Shown here: piece after piece, positions 22,354 through 33,440 of the stretch
Position numbering within the stretch: the first letter of the stretch is position 1
Layout: each line of letters opens with the position of its first letter
NCBI GenBank assembly: GCA_963745025.1
Contig: CAVUWD010000016.1
Coordinates: forward strand, 96,001-160,000
Source: an uncultured delta proteobacterium
Lineage (GTDB): Bacteria; Desulfobacterota; Binatia; JACPRU01
DNA length: 64,000 nt
Reading direction: 5' to 3'
Notes under the pieces: generated by a model
What the model was told of the DNA's origin: nothing
Seen by the model: the letters and a program-made list of their open reading frames with translations, nothing else
The model's database searches: none
Position numbers and translations under genes: made by a program

Positions 22354-22902
22354 TTAGGACTGTGCAGCTCGGCGCTGCACGATGAGGCGTTCGAGCGCCT
22401 GCGTGGCGCTGGTCCCGACATTTTTGCGAAGAGAACGCGAGCCCTTAGCTCCGAGTCTGTATTTTTGCGGGTCATCGCTCCAGACATAATAATTCCGCCA
22501 GCGGCTGCCCGGCTTGGCGCGGCGGGCGCGCTGAAACCAGGGATGCTGGTCGGACGTGTGGTTCAGCACCAGTTCCGTGATGACCCGCAGGCCGCGCTGA
22601 TGCGCCGCGCCCAGGAAAGTTTTGAAGTCGCCGAGCGTGCCACACATCGGATGCACGCCACAGTAATCGGCGATGTCATAACCGTCATCCTTGAGCGGCG
22701 AAGGATAAAACGGCAGCAGCCAGATCGCCGTCACGCCGAGATCCTTGATGTAATCCAGTTTTTCTGTCAACCCGCGAAAGTCGCCCGAACCGTCGCCGTC
22801 CGCGTCGTAGAACGCGCGGACATGCACCTCATAAATGACGCCGCTCTTATACCAGAAAGGATCCTGGTCGAGCTCTTTGCGAGTGTGTTTGGAAGTGGGC
22901 AT
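22354..22902 (-). pseudogene. treS: Trehalose synthase (maltose alpha-D-glucosyltransferase) N-terminal fragment, truncated near 22460
   Basis: [58 protein letters not shown], then loss of homology. Confidence 0.9.
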
Positions 22903-22906
22903 GAGA

Positions 22907-25148
22907 TCAGGTGGCCGGGATGGCTCCCTTGTTTTTTTCGCGCGGGCCTTCACCTAATTCGCGCAATATCCGCCGCACGGCAATGTGGTTGCCGAGATAA
23001 AAACGCGCGGCGGTGCTGGCCACGCCGACGCGCACGGAAAAGGCGGTGGGCGGCAAGGCTCGGAACATGTCTTCGTCCGTCCAGTCGTCGCCGATGCCCA
23101 GGATGAATTCCGGTGTCTGCCCGGAAAGCCACTCCTGTGCGGCGGTGCCCTTGTTGATGCCAGAGTTGCGCACTTCAATGACCTTGTTGCCCTCGAACAC
23201 CTGCACGTCAATGTTCCGCGTGTAGCCCGCCAGGTCGTCGAGCAGTTCCTTGGCCCGGAGCGAAGCCTGCTCCAGGTCGGCGTGGCGGTAATGCCACGCG
23301 AGGGAAAACTCCTTCTCCTCCAGCAGCGCGCCCGGCAGGCGGTCCACGAAGAGCTGGAGAATCGGGCGCACGCGCTCCTTCCAGTCGTTGGTCATGGTTT
23401 TCAGCATACGCCAGTCGGCGTTCTTATTTCGCAGCCAGACGCCGTGTTCGGCGATCAAAGAAATCGGAAGCTTGCCGAACCAGTCTTCGAGTGTGCTCCG
23501 AGGACGGCCGCTGACGATGATCAATTCGTTGGCGCGATCCGAACCCAGGCTTGAAAGCAGCTCCAGGAGTTCCGCATCCGGTTGCGCCAGCCTCAACTCG
23601 GCGGCGAACGGCACCAGCGTCCCATCGTAATCCAGCAGCAACGCCCGCTGCGCCGCCGAACGATACTGCTGGGTCAGCGCGGCCAGCGCCTTGCCCGTCA
23701 ACACCCGCGCTCGCCGGGCCGCCTCGGTTTTCTGCGTGGACAACAAAGCTTGCACGAAGTCATCCGCCCAGCGGACCACGTCGTAACGCCGCAGCCGTTC
23801 CTGCAAAAGTTGGTTGCGCCGGATCTGCTCCTCGACCGGCATGGTCAGCGCCTGCTCCAGGGCCCGCGCAAAATCCTCGCGGTGAAACGGGTTGATGATG
23901 AGCGCCTCGCCCATTTCTTTGGCGGCACCGGCCATCTCGCTCAGGATCAACACGCCGGTCTGGTCGGGCCGCGACGCGATGAATTCCTTCGCCACCAGGT
24001 TCATGCCGTCGCGCAACGGCGTGATCAGCGCCACGTCGCACAATCGGTAAAGTGGCGACGATCTCGTCGAAGGTCAGGTTGCGGAACTGATAGATCAGCG
24101 GCGTCCACTGCACGTTGCCAAAATCGCCGACGATGCGGCCGACCGTTTGCTCCAGTTCCAGCTTCATCGCCTGGTAGCTGTCCACGCCGATTCGCGACGG
24201 CGCCACCGAAACGATGAACACCACCTTGCCGTGCCATTGCGGATTGTTCTTCAAAAACAATTCGTAGCCGCGCAGCCGGTTGATGAGTCCTTTCGTGTAA
24301 TCCAGCCGGTCCACGGAAAAGATCACCTTCTGGCCGGCGCTCTTGTCACTCAATTCCTCCACGCGCAATTCGGTTTCCTTGGACGCAGCGGCTTGGGCAA
24401 AACGGTCGAACTCCACCCCCATCGGAAACGTGTCCACCTTCACCACGCGGTCGCGCAACGTCAGGCTGCCGAGCTGGTGCTCGTAGCCGGACGTGCGCAG
24501 CACCGAGGTCAGAAAATACCAGACATAGTCATGCGTGTGAAAACCGACCACGCTAGAGCCGAGCAGCCCCTCGATGATTTCCTCGCGCCACGGGCGCGGC
24601 AGCATCCGGAAAATTTCGCAGGATGGAAACGGAATGTGCAGAAAAAACCCGATGGGCATTTCCGGGAATTTTTCCCGCACCAGTTCCGGCAGCAGCATCA
24701 GATGATAATCCTGAATCCAGAGCAGGTCGTCCGGCTGCAAGACCTTCACCACCGACTCGGCGAAGACCTGGTTGACCTGCTGGTATTCCTGCCAGTGATC
24801 CTCCTCGTAGTGCGTCAGCGTGGGGAAATAATGGAACAGCGGCCAAAGGGTCTTGTTGCAGAAGCCCAGGTAAAACCGATCCATGCTTTCCTCCGGCAAA
24901 AAGACCGGGCTGGACTTGAATTGCTGCCCGGCATACGCCTGCACCGCCGACTCGTGCTCCGGCGGGACGCTCGCCCCCGGCCAGCCCATCCATAAAAAGT
25001 CCGGATGCTCAACGCCGTCCGCTACCGTGCGATTCAAGTAGCTCCACAACCCAGTGGTGAGGCCGCCAGCGCTCTCAGTGAAGTGCGGCGCTCCATCCTT
25101 GAAGGACACCGTAAACGGCAACCGGTTTGAAACGATAACCAGCCTCAT
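22907..25148 (-). pseudogene. otsAB: Fused trehalose-6-phosphate synthase/phosphatase (OtsA-OtsB) with a 1-nt frameshift near 24053
   Basis: MRLVIVSNRLP..DRLDYTKG in one frame; [32 protein letters not shown] and GDDWTDEDMF in the next; junction gtc gcc a ctt tac. Confidence 0.88.
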
Positions 25149-25435
25149 ATCGGAAATCTCCGCTCTGGTCGCAATGTTTCAAGACAACTTTAACACATTT
25201 TCATCTTCCTGGGTTCCGGCAAGCATGATGGTTGATCAACGATTCACCACTCGCAGTCCCGATCATCAAAGTGGCGAATGATACCATCTTCGAAAACAAG
25301 AGATTAACGGCCGACCGCGTGCCGCCGGTTTGCGCGGCTCAAAAGGCGGTGCATTACGAGGTCGCCGGTTGTTTGAGCCGGGCCCTTCGGCAGCCGACAG
25401 GAACGGTGGCGGTCGTCTTCAGGCGCACCGCGGGA

Positions 25436-26518
25436 TCACGCACCGACGTCAGTGGAAACCGCCGGGCCCTCGTGGAGCGCGTCCTCGATGTAGAGCATGT
25501 TAGTGACGATCAGCAGCGTGGCCGCGATCGGGCTGGCGAGTGCGAGTCCCCACGCGCCGGCAAGCGTCCAAAGGATCAGCTGGGCGGCGATCGACAAGCC
25601 CGGTGGTAGCTGCACCGCCTTCTGCTCGATGAGCGGCGTGATGAGATAGCCCTCAAGAACGTGCACGCCGACATACAGCAGCACGACGTACATGGCGGTT
25701 AGCGAACCTTGCGTGAATGCCAACAACAGCGAAGGCAGGATAGAGACGATCGCCCCGACGTAGGGAATGAACGTCAGCAGTCCGGAAAGCAGACCTAGCG
25801 TCAACGCGAGCTGCACGCTTAACAGCCAGAGACCCAGAGCGGTGACGCTGCCGACGATGACCATCGCCAGCATGCGGCTGAGCAGCCAGCGCTGAAGCGC
25901 TTGCTCAACGACCTGAGCGACCTCCATGGCGCGGCGCCGGCCCGGCGGGGGGAGCAGCCGGAGTAAGCCGCTGCAGTACGGCCCCGGATCCGCCGCGAGG
26001 TAGAGGCCGATGAATGCCACGATCACAAACAACGCGACGTTGTGCAGGACGATCGCGAGCACACCGGTGGCGTTGCTCACCACCGCTAGCGACTCCTCGA
26101 CTTGCGGTGGGTGCGCCAACGCCCGGCCCCACTCGGTGTGCCGCAGGCTCGCGAGCAAGCTTTGCCAGGCGCGAGGCAACTGCTGCAGCAACTCGTCCGT
26201 TTGCGCGGAAATCTCCGGTGCCAGGAGCCAGGTCATGGCGCCGACGACGATCGCGAGCGCCGCCGCGACCAGCGCCAGGGCAACGCCTCGGCGTGGGACG
26301 CCGAGATCCATCAGACAGTTCGTCGCCGCGCTGAGTGCGACCGCAGCCAGCGCACCCGCGCCGAGGACCAAAAGGACTTCACCGACGAGCCACCCGACCA
26401 CGACGACGGCGACCGTCGCGAGGACGAGCTTCGGCGCCCATGTCTGTGTCGCCGCCGGCGGCAGGTCCGTTGGCCGCTCGCGGCGACCCGCGTCGGCGCG
26501 AGCGAAATCGGTAGGCAT
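25436..26518 (-). CDS. AI-2E family transporter
   Basis: GLLTFIPYVG, LEGYLITPLIEQKAVQLPP, multi-TM. Confidence 0.9.
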   Translation of the reverse strand: MPTDFARADAGRRERPTDLPPAATQTWAPKLVLATVAVVVVGWLVGEVLLVLGAGALAAVALSAATNCLMDLGVPRRGVALALVAAALAIVVGAMTWLLAPEISAQTDELLQQLPRAWQSLLASLRHTEWGRALAHPPQVEESLAVVSNATGVLAIVLHNVALFVIVAFIGLYLAADPGPYCSGLLRLLPPPGRRRAMEVAQVVEQALQRWLLSRMLAMVIVGSVTALGLWLLSVQLALTLGLLSGLLTFIPYVGAIVSILPSLLLAFTQGSLTAMYVVLLYVGVHVLEGYLITPLIEQKAVQLPPGLSIAAQLILWTLAGAWGLALASPIAATLLIVTNMLYIEDALHEGPAVSTDVGA

Positions 26519-26705
26519 GACCTAAATAACACGCGAGATCTTCGAAGGAAGCGGTCGCTGGAGCCGTAGCTTTCCGGCCGTCAAAGCGGGCAGACATGGG
26601 GATGTGCCGGCTTCGGACCGGAACGCGATCCATCGGCCCGCGAGCCTCGCGGAAGCCGACAGGCGATCCTTCCCATGCGGTCGCGAGAGAGGCACGCTGC
26701 TCGCG

Positions 26706-28706
26706 ATGCGGCGGACAGCGATCGCTCTCGGCGTCATCTTCATCGCATTCGCCGCCGTGGTGGCGGCGCTCATCGCCTGCCGCTTTCGCCTGACGGCCGC
26801 CGCGCTGCGCTACGGGCTCTCACGGGCGGGCTTTGCCGACACCCGCTTCGACGTCGAGCGGCTCGACGCGAGCAGCCTCGTCGTCGCGCGCCTCGAGTCC
26901 GGCGCGGCGCTGCGCATCGAGCGCTGCGAGGTGGATTTCGACTGGCGCCGGCTGCCGCGATTGCCTGTCGAGCGCGTGCGCATGACGGGCCTCCGCGTCG
27001 ACGCCACCGAGCGTCGCGGCGAAGCCGAGCCCGCGAGCGAGACCGAGGCTACATCCCCGGCACCCCTCCCCCTCGGCATGCTTCCGGCTCTCGAGCTCGA
27101 CGATGCCGTCGCGAAGGCTCCTTCTCCGATCGGCCCCGTCACGATCCACCTCGATTCGCAGGTCACTCCCGAAGGCCGTGGATTGAAGATGCACCTCGAA
27201 GGCAAGGTGGACGGAGAGGCCGCGAGCGCGGCGTTCGTGGGGACTGCGCGACTCGGGGAGGGGGGGGCGGTTTCCATGAACGTGCATGTGTCGGCCATGG
27301 AGGTACGGCATCGCCGAGGCCGCGTCGCGGACGGCTCGATGACGGCCGTCATCCAAGGGGAATCGTCCGGGCTCGCGCTTCGCAACGCGACCTCGACGCT
27401 CGATCTCTATGCCCGTGAAACGTCTTTAGGCGAGACGAAGATCGGCGCCGTCGCCGCGCAGATTTCGGCGAAGCTCTCGCGTAAGAGCGGTGCCTGGGTC
27501 GCCGAGCTCACCGGCGCCGACGTCCGGCTACCCGGGAAGGATCTCCACGCGTCGGAGATCTCCGGCGAAGCCTCCGCCGCCTCCGCGAAGCTCCTCGTAG
27601 CGCGGCTCGAGGACACCGCAAGCGCGCGGCGCTTCGAACCGATCTCTCTCGACCTGCGCGTCCTCGAGACGAAGCCCAATCTGACGGTCAGCGCGGATCT
27701 CGGTGCGGCGGGCGGACGGGCGGTGCTGCACGCGCAGGGCAGCTACGACTCCCTCCGCGGCGTCGCGCTCGCCGAGCTCACGCTGCCGCGCCTCGCGCTC
27801 GATCCGAAGAAGCTACGCCTGACCGACGTCTCCCCGCTACTCGCCGCGGCAGGCGAGACGAGCGGCGCGATCGAAGCGCGCGCGCAGCTCTCCTGGAGCC
27901 CCGCGAAGGGCGTCTCCGGAGGCGCGCGGCTCCGCTTCGACGACGTCTCGGTGAACTCGTCGCGCCTTCGTGTCGAAGGGCTCGACGGCGACGTGAATTT
28001 CCGCGAGCTCCTTCCTCCGGCGACGCCGGGCATCCAGACGCTACGCGCTCGCGAGATTCATCCCGGCCTGCTCTTGTCGGACGCCACGCTGCGCTGGGCG
28101 CTCGAGCCGGCGAAGGACGCGTATGGCTCGCGGCTGCGCATCGAGCGCTTCGAGGCGGGGTTTGCCGACGGCAAGATCACCGTCCAGGATACGGTGCTCG
28201 ATCCGCACGCAGAGACCAACACCATCGTCTTCCATCTCGAGGCGCTCGACCTCGCGAAGCTCTTCGCGATCGTGAACCTCGAAGGCATCGGCGGCAGCGG
28301 ACGGCTCTCCGGCGCGATTCCGGTCGCCGTGCGCGAGGGTGGCATCGCGATTCCCGACGGCGAGCTCGCCGCCAAGGGAGGCGTGCTGCAGGTCCGCTCA
28401 CAGCAGGTGGCGAGCCTCCTCTCTGGCGGCGGTCAATCGGTCGGGCTCCTCCTAGACGCGCTCCGCGATTTCCACTACGACGAGCTTACCCTGACGGTCG
28501 AGAAGGCATTCGAAGGCGAAGCCGCGGTCCGGCTCCGGCTCGCGGGCGAGAATCCCGCGGTGATGAACGGCCAGCCATTTCGCATCAACCTGAACCTGAC
28601 GGGCAACCTCGACCGGCTCGTCGCTTCGCTGCTCGAGGTGGCGCGATTCTCGGACCAGGCCGTGCGCGCCACCGTTCGCGCGGTGCAGCCGGAGGGCCAT
28701 CGATGA
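26706..28706 (+). CDS. ydbH: YdbH-family (AsmA-like) intermembrane bridge protein
   Basis: N-terminal TM, beta-rich body, ALRDFHYDEL..LAGENP..PFRINLNLTGNL; followed by ynbE and ydbL. Confidence 0.85.
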   Translation: MRRTAIALGVIFIAFAAVVAALIACRFRLTAAALRYGLSRAGFADTRFDVERLDASSLVVARLESGAALRIERCEVDFDWRRLPRLPVERVRMTGLRVDATERRGEAEPASETEATSPAPLPLGMLPALELDDAVAKAPSPIGPVTIHLDSQVTPEGRGLKMHLEGKVDGEAASAAFVGTARLGEGGAVSMNVHVSAMEVRHRRGRVADGSMTAVIQGESSGLALRNATSTLDLYARETSLGETKIGAVAAQISAKLSRKSGAWVAELTGADVRLPGKDLHASEISGEASAASAKLLVARLEDTASARRFEPISLDLRVLETKPNLTVSADLGAAGGRAVLHAQGSYDSLRGVALAELTLPRLALDPKKLRLTDVSPLLAAAGETSGAIEARAQLSWSPAKGVSGGARLRFDDVSVNSSRLRVEGLDGDVNFRELLPPATPGIQTLRAREIHPGLLLSDATLRWALEPAKDAYGSRLRIERFEAGFADGKITVQDTVLDPHAETNTIVFHLEALDLAKLFAIVNLEGIGGSGRLSGAIPVAVREGGIAIPDGELAAKGGVLQVRSQQVASLLSGGGQSVGLLLDALRDFHYDELTLTVEKAFEGEAAVRLRLAGENPAVMNGQPFRINLNLTGNLDRLVASLLEVARFSDQAVRATVRAVQPEGHR

Positions 28707-28894
28707 GAAGAGCGTCACTGCTCGTCGGCTGCCTGCTCGCCCTGCCCATCGGCGCCTGCTCGCCGGTCGTGCGCGTCGAAGCGCCGCGCGAGCCGGTCAC
28801 CATCAACCTGAACATCAAGCTCGACGCCGACGTCCGCGTGAAGCTCGAGGAACAGGCGAAGAAGGACGTCGCCAAGAATCCGGAGATCTTCTGA
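28703..28894 (+). CDS. ynbE: YnbE-family lipoprotein
   Basis: GAC-SPVVRVEAPREPVTINLNIKLD...NPEIF. Confidence 0.9.
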   Translation: MRRASLLVGCLLALPIGACSPVVRVEAPREPVTINLNIKLDADVRVKLEEQAKKDVAKNPEIF

Positions 28895-28906
28895 GGTGAC
28901 TTCGTT

Positions 28907-29254
28907 ATGAACCGATCCGCCTTCACCGTCGTCGCTGCGGCTCTGCTACTCTTTGCGCTATCGCTCGACTCCGTCGCGCATGCCGAGGAGAGCCTCGACC
29001 AGCTGCGCAAGAGCGGCGCGGTCGGCGAGCGCTACGACGGGCTCCTTGTGGTGCGGTCGCAGAGCGACGCCGCCGCGCATGCCGTCGTCGACCAGGTGAA
29101 CGCCAAGCGCGGCGCCATCTACGAGGCGCGGGCGAAGAAGGACGGCGCCGACGTCAAAGAGGTCGGCAAGGTCTACGCGCTCGAAATCGCCGCCAAGGCG
29201 CCCGCCGGCACCTGGTTCCTCGGCGAGGGCGGCAAGTGGGTGCAGAAGAAGTAA
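28907..29254 (+). CDS. ydbL: YdbL (DUF1318) family protein
   Basis: GAVGERYDGLL, VNAKRGAIY, GKWVQKK; signal peptide. Confidence 0.9.
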   Translation: MNRSAFTVVAAALLLFALSLDSVAHAEESLDQLRKSGAVGERYDGLLVVRSQSDAAAHAVVDQVNAKRGAIYEARAKKDGADVKEVGKVYALEIAAKAPAGTWFLGEGGKWVQKK

Positions 29255-29324
29255 GTCGCGTTCCTCTTCCGCGAAGCTCGATGCCGTAAAAACGGGCGTT
29301 CCCTGAGAGAAGTGGGAGGGGGGT

Positions 29325-29500
29325 AGCGTCGAGCCGTCGCCATCGCGCCTGCGCCATGTCGAGGAGCTTGTAGGCCATCAAGAGTTCCTTCGTGCGGGAG
29401 CCCGCGCCCTTCGTCACGCGCTGGCGTAGCCGCACGGTCGTGAACGGGGACTCGATCACGTTCGTCGTCCGCAGGTGCTTCCAGTGCTCGGCGGGGAAGG
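29325..29500 (-). mobile_element. IS256-family transposase C-terminal fragment
   Basis: FPAEHWKHLRTTNVIESPFTTVRLRQRVTKGAGSR..MAYKLLDMAQARWRRL. Confidence 0.85.
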
Positions 29501-29558
29501 GAAGGGGCCTCACTTCTGGAGCGCTTCGGATGAAGACGAGGACGGGGAGATTGGCGCA

Positions 29559-29790
29559 ATGAGCCTTGAGCCTCCCGAGAAGGTCCGGAGTCTTCGGAGG
29601 AGCTCTACGAGAAGGCGAAGCGGGAGCCCGACTACCGTTTCTACCTGCTCTACGACAAGGTGTACCGCGAGGACGTCCTCGAATATGCGTGGCGGCTTTG
29701 CCGTGCCAACGGCGGAGCGCCGGGCGTGGATGGGGAACGATTCGAGGACATCGAGGCGCGGGGCGTGGAGGAGTGGCTGGGGCGCTCGAG
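29559..29790 (+). mobile_element. Group II intron reverse transcriptase/maturase N-terminal fragment (frameshifted)
   Basis: [14 protein letters not shown] / [44 protein letters not shown]. Confidence 0.85.
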
Positions 29791-29887
29791 GCCGAGCGCT
29801 TGGAGCAGTCGAGCTCGAGTCTCCACGAGTGCGTTGCGCTGCAGCACGAACCGAAGCATCTGATTCCGATCCCGTAGAGCCGCAGTC

Positions 29888-30352
29888 TTGAGAGAAACGA
29901 CAATCCTCGACGCTCTCAACGACGAGCTTCTGTTCGCTTCGTCTTATCGCATCCCGATGTGGAGCACGTGGCGTGCGCTCCTCGCCGCTCTCTTCGGCCT
30001 TCCGCTCGATGCCGAGCAGCTCGCGCTCTTTCAGAAGTTCACGGGACGCTCGACGTCGCCAACCCAGCAGGCGAAAGAGGCGTGGCTCGTCATCGGGAGG
30101 CGTGGTGGCAAGTCCCGCATCGCCGCGCTCGTTGCGCTCTATCTCGCGCTCTTCGGCGATTACTCGAAGATCCTCGCCCACGGCGAACGCGGAACCCTCA
30201 TGGTCATCGCCGCAGATCGCAGTCAGGCGCAGAACGTGATGTGCTACATCAACGAGCTGCTCGACTCCGTGCCGATGCTCGCCGAGCTGGTCGAGCGACA
30301 CACCGAGGAAGTGATCGACCTTTCTGCTGCGTGGCCACGCGTTCCACCCTGA
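29888..30352 (+). pseudogene. Phage terminase large-subunit ATPase N-terminal fragment
   Basis: Walker A IGRRGGKSRIAA; MVIAADRSQA; ends early. Confidence 0.7.
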
Positions 30353-30599
30353 TTGGAATTACAGACTGTTGCCCAACTGGCACTGACACAAGGCCCCGAT
30401 TTGTCGAATGGCGATAATTTGATTGTAAATGTTCTTGTTTTACAAGCCCTTACCTACCTGGCCGCGACCCATTGGCCTTCGAGGGCCACACGCCCCCCCG
30501 ACGGCCGCTTCGTACATTGGATTACGCAACCACGTTCGCGACGACGTGTTTATCGACTTTACGCCCCGCCGGGCGATTCGCTGCTGAAGGAGGCCAGAG

Positions 30600-31541
30600 A
30601 TGCAGGCACAAAGTCTCGATGCGATGCGTGTGGCCATCTTGAAGGTTCCACTGACGATCGCGCTCTCTCTGATGATTAGTCTCGGCTTGGCTGCCCCTCG
30701 TGCCTTTGCGGCCGGACTGCAGGATGACGTCGATCAGGCGACCACGATCCTACAGCGTTTCAAGGAGATGCCAGAGAAGTCGATCCCGGACCACGTCATG
30801 AAAGATGCGAAGGGGTTGACGATCATGACTGCGGTCAAAGCCGGATTCATTTTTAGCGGCCAGGCCGGGAAGGGAATGGTCATCGCGCGCACGGAGCACG
30901 GTTGGAGCGGGCCATCGGGTATAGGTACCGGCAGTGCCGGGTTCGGTTTTCAGGCCGGTGTACAAGTTACGGAGTTCGTCCTGGTGCTCAATACAAATGA
31001 GGCCGTAAAGGCCTTCACCCATAGAGCCAACGTGAAACTCGGCGCCGACATTAGCGTAGCAGCCGGGCCGGTTGGTCGGGCCGTCGGTGCCGGCGTCACG
31101 CCACTGGCAGCAGTGTATACCTACAGCCGAAGCCAAGGACTGTTTGCAGGTGTGTCCCTGGATGGAACGGTGCTCGTTTCAAGGAATGATGCCAATAAGG
31201 AATATTACAGCCGCGTGGTGACCCCCGAGGAGATCTTGACGGGCAAGGTGCTACCCCCGCCGGGCGCAGAGAAATTGATAGCGGAGCTGAACAAGCAAGA
31301 AGCACTAAAGGTGTCCGCGCTGAAGGCGGTCCCTCCGTATCTCATCAAAAACGACGTCGAGTCCTTCGCCGAGGAAATTGGCCGCACCATTTTTCGTGGC
31401 GGACACGAGCCGCGATCGGAGGCGCGGCTGGGGCTCTCGGCGATGCGATCATCGGCGACCAATCGTATGCCGCAGCACGGGAACGCGATTGCCATGATCT
31501 CAGACACTAAGCTTTCGTTCGGGCGCGCGTTCGTCGTCTGA
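30600..31541 (+). CDS. YSC84/SYLF lipid-binding domain protein (C-terminal tail probably spurious)
   Basis: KAGFIFSGQAGKG, GFGFQAG, LGADISVAAGPVGR, YTYSRSQGLFAGVSLDG; signal peptide. Confidence 0.88.
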   Translation: MQAQSLDAMRVAILKVPLTIALSLMISLGLAAPRAFAAGLQDDVDQATTILQRFKEMPEKSIPDHVMKDAKGLTIMTAVKAGFIFSGQAGKGMVIARTEHGWSGPSGIGTGSAGFGFQAGVQVTEFVLVLNTNEAVKAFTHRANVKLGADISVAAGPVGRAVGAGVTPLAAVYTYSRSQGLFAGVSLDGTVLVSRNDANKEYYSRVVTPEEILTGKVLPPPGAEKLIAELNKQEALKVSALKAVPPYLIKNDVESFAEEIGRTIFRGGHEPRSEARLGLSAMRSSATNRMPQHGNAIAMISDTKLSFGRAFVV

Positions 31542-31732
31542 TAGGCATCGTGGTTACGAATCTCCACGTCCCAAATTCTCGAACGCGCCTCTGCGGAAAC
31601 GCGCGTCTGATCGGGAACAGGGAGTCGGCGCGGATCGGCGAGGTCCTCAAGCGAAAGGCCACCTGGCCTCAAGAAGCTCGAATCGTCGAACCTTGATTTC
31701 ATGACCCTCGAAGAATTCGGATTCGAGAGAGC

Positions 31733-32155
31733 ATGAGAACGCGCGCCGTGGGTTTGATCCTGCTCTCGTTGTCGGTGCTGGCGGCCTCGGCTTGCGCCAC
31801 CCCCGCGGCGAGGCCGTCACGGCACCGGGGTTTCTTCGCCGCGCTGTCGGAGGAAGGGGAGCCCACGCACCGGCGCGGCGCGTGGTTGGCCCGAGCTCGC
31901 CCGGCTGATCCGAAGCTCCAGACCGTGAGGCTGACCACGCACCTGTGGCGGTGGCCCCTCGACCGCGTTCGCATGACGTCGACCTTCGGCGAGCGTTCCG
32001 GAACCTTCCACGAGGGAATCGATCTTCAGGCGCCCGTCGGCACGTCGGTGCACGCGGCGGAGGAGGGACGCGTCGTGTTAGCAGGAAGCCAAATCGGCGA
32101 CTACGGCAGCTCACCAGTGCGGCGACCTTCATCGGCGGATCGCATCGGATCGTAG
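31733..32155 (+). pseudogene. M23 peptidase lipoprotein, truncated
   Basis: Lipobox ASAC; FHEGIDLQAPVGTSVHAAEEGRV..GDYG, then no HxH motif. Confidence 0.75.
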
Positions 32156-32502
32156 AGATTTCCGTACACGCATTCGAGCAAGCTAACGCGGACTTGCTGG
32201 GCGTTCAATCCGAGGACGTCGCACACCGCCTGGAACGAGAACGGCGAACCGTCGTCGCGGCAACGAATCCACCGTTCGGCCTCGCGAAACAGCTTCCGCC
32301 CCGTATTGTCGGGAGCGTGGCGGTGCTTGAAGAAGCAGCTCGCGGCATCGAGCAGCATCGCCCAGAGGAGCCGTCGTTCCCCCAAAGCGATCCCAAACCG
32401 ATTGCCGAAATCGATTTGGGCCGGGAGAATGACCTGGAGAATGACCTCCGGAAAGGACTCGAAGGCCTCGGCGGCCCCGGCTGCATCACGGTCGATTTGC
32501 AT
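32101..32502 (-). CDS. Conserved hypothetical helical protein
   Basis: ERRLLWAMLLDA..LFREAERWI..FSFQAVCDVLGL pattern; RBS-like GGAGG upstream. Confidence 0.6.
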   Translation of the reverse strand: MQIDRDAAGAAEAFESFPEVILQVILPAQIDFGNRFGIALGERRLLWAMLLDAASCFFKHRHAPDNTGRKLFREAERWIRCRDDGSPFSFQAVCDVLGLNAQQVRVSLLECVYGNLYDPMRSADEGRRTGELP

Positions 32503-32809
32503 AGCGTTCGGGGATTCGAACCCTGCCTCCGAGAGGAAGTTTCGAAGCTGAAGTGCAGGAAATTCATTTTTCTAGTTGCACACCCGCCGGAGCCCCGCCC
32601 TTCTGCCGGTACCAGCGCAGGCCCCGCAGGTGGAGGTCAACGAGGGCCGTCGCCGGCGTCGCGGATCAGGGAGCTTCCGGGAAAGATGGTCGCGAGGATC
32701 CAGCCCGGCGCCACTGCTGCGTCGTCAAAAGGCTGGCGCCGCGACACCCGTTGCCCACGCCCCGCGCACGTGCAACGCTCGGCATGAGTTGTTCGAGCTG
32801 TCGATTCCC

Positions 32810-33190
32810 ATGTGCATAGCTACCATCGTGATTCGCCTACGTCGTGCCGCGACAACCGGGATCATCTCGGGGTTCATGCTCGCGGCGGCTGCTCACTCGG
32901 GCACCGCAGACGAAATTCAGCACCTGCTCGACTACATCAGCGGCTCTGGCTGTATCTTCGTACGAAATGGCGTCGAATCCGATGCTGCCGCAGCGCGGAA
33001 ACACATTGAGTCCAAGTACGCGTATGCCAAAGGCCACGTGGGTTCGGCGGAAGATTTCATTCGCTTGCTGGCTTCTCGAAGCAGCATGACCGGCGAGCCC
33101 TACGTCGTGCGCTGCGGGAGCTCGCAGTTCCTGAGCGGGGATTGGCTCACGGACGAACTCCGCCGCTACCGGCCGGATCCGGGTCAGTGA
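32810..33190 (+). CDS. DUF5329 (YfeK-like) exported protein; start uncertain
   Basis: EIQHLLDYISGSGCIFVRNG..AEDFIRLLASRSSMTGEPYVVRC. Confidence 0.8.
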   Translation: MCIATIVIRLRRAATTGIISGFMLAAAAHSGTADEIQHLLDYISGSGCIFVRNGVESDAAAARKHIESKYAYAKGHVGSAEDFIRLLASRSSMTGEPYVVRCGSSQFLSGDWLTDELRRYRPDPGQ

Positions 33191-33440
33191 AACACACCGC
33201 CGGTGCCAGAAACGCCGTCGGAGCGCGGCTTTACGCGGCGAGCGCGTCGAGGCATCGAGGCCGAACGAAATGTCTGCGAGCAGTGCCTCCGTAGGAAGGG
33301 AGGTGCTGCAGCGGCGTGCGAGTGTCTGCATCGCCACAGGGGGGGGTGGTCCTTTCGACACGATCCAGGTAAGGTGTCTCGGACACTGACTCCAGCCCCG
33401 AATCACCTGTCACGTCGTGGCCGGGGCTTCTCAAGCGGAC

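Noticed and set aside
29888-30352. Intact prophage
   Set aside because: Only a terminase fragment; no other phage genes nearby
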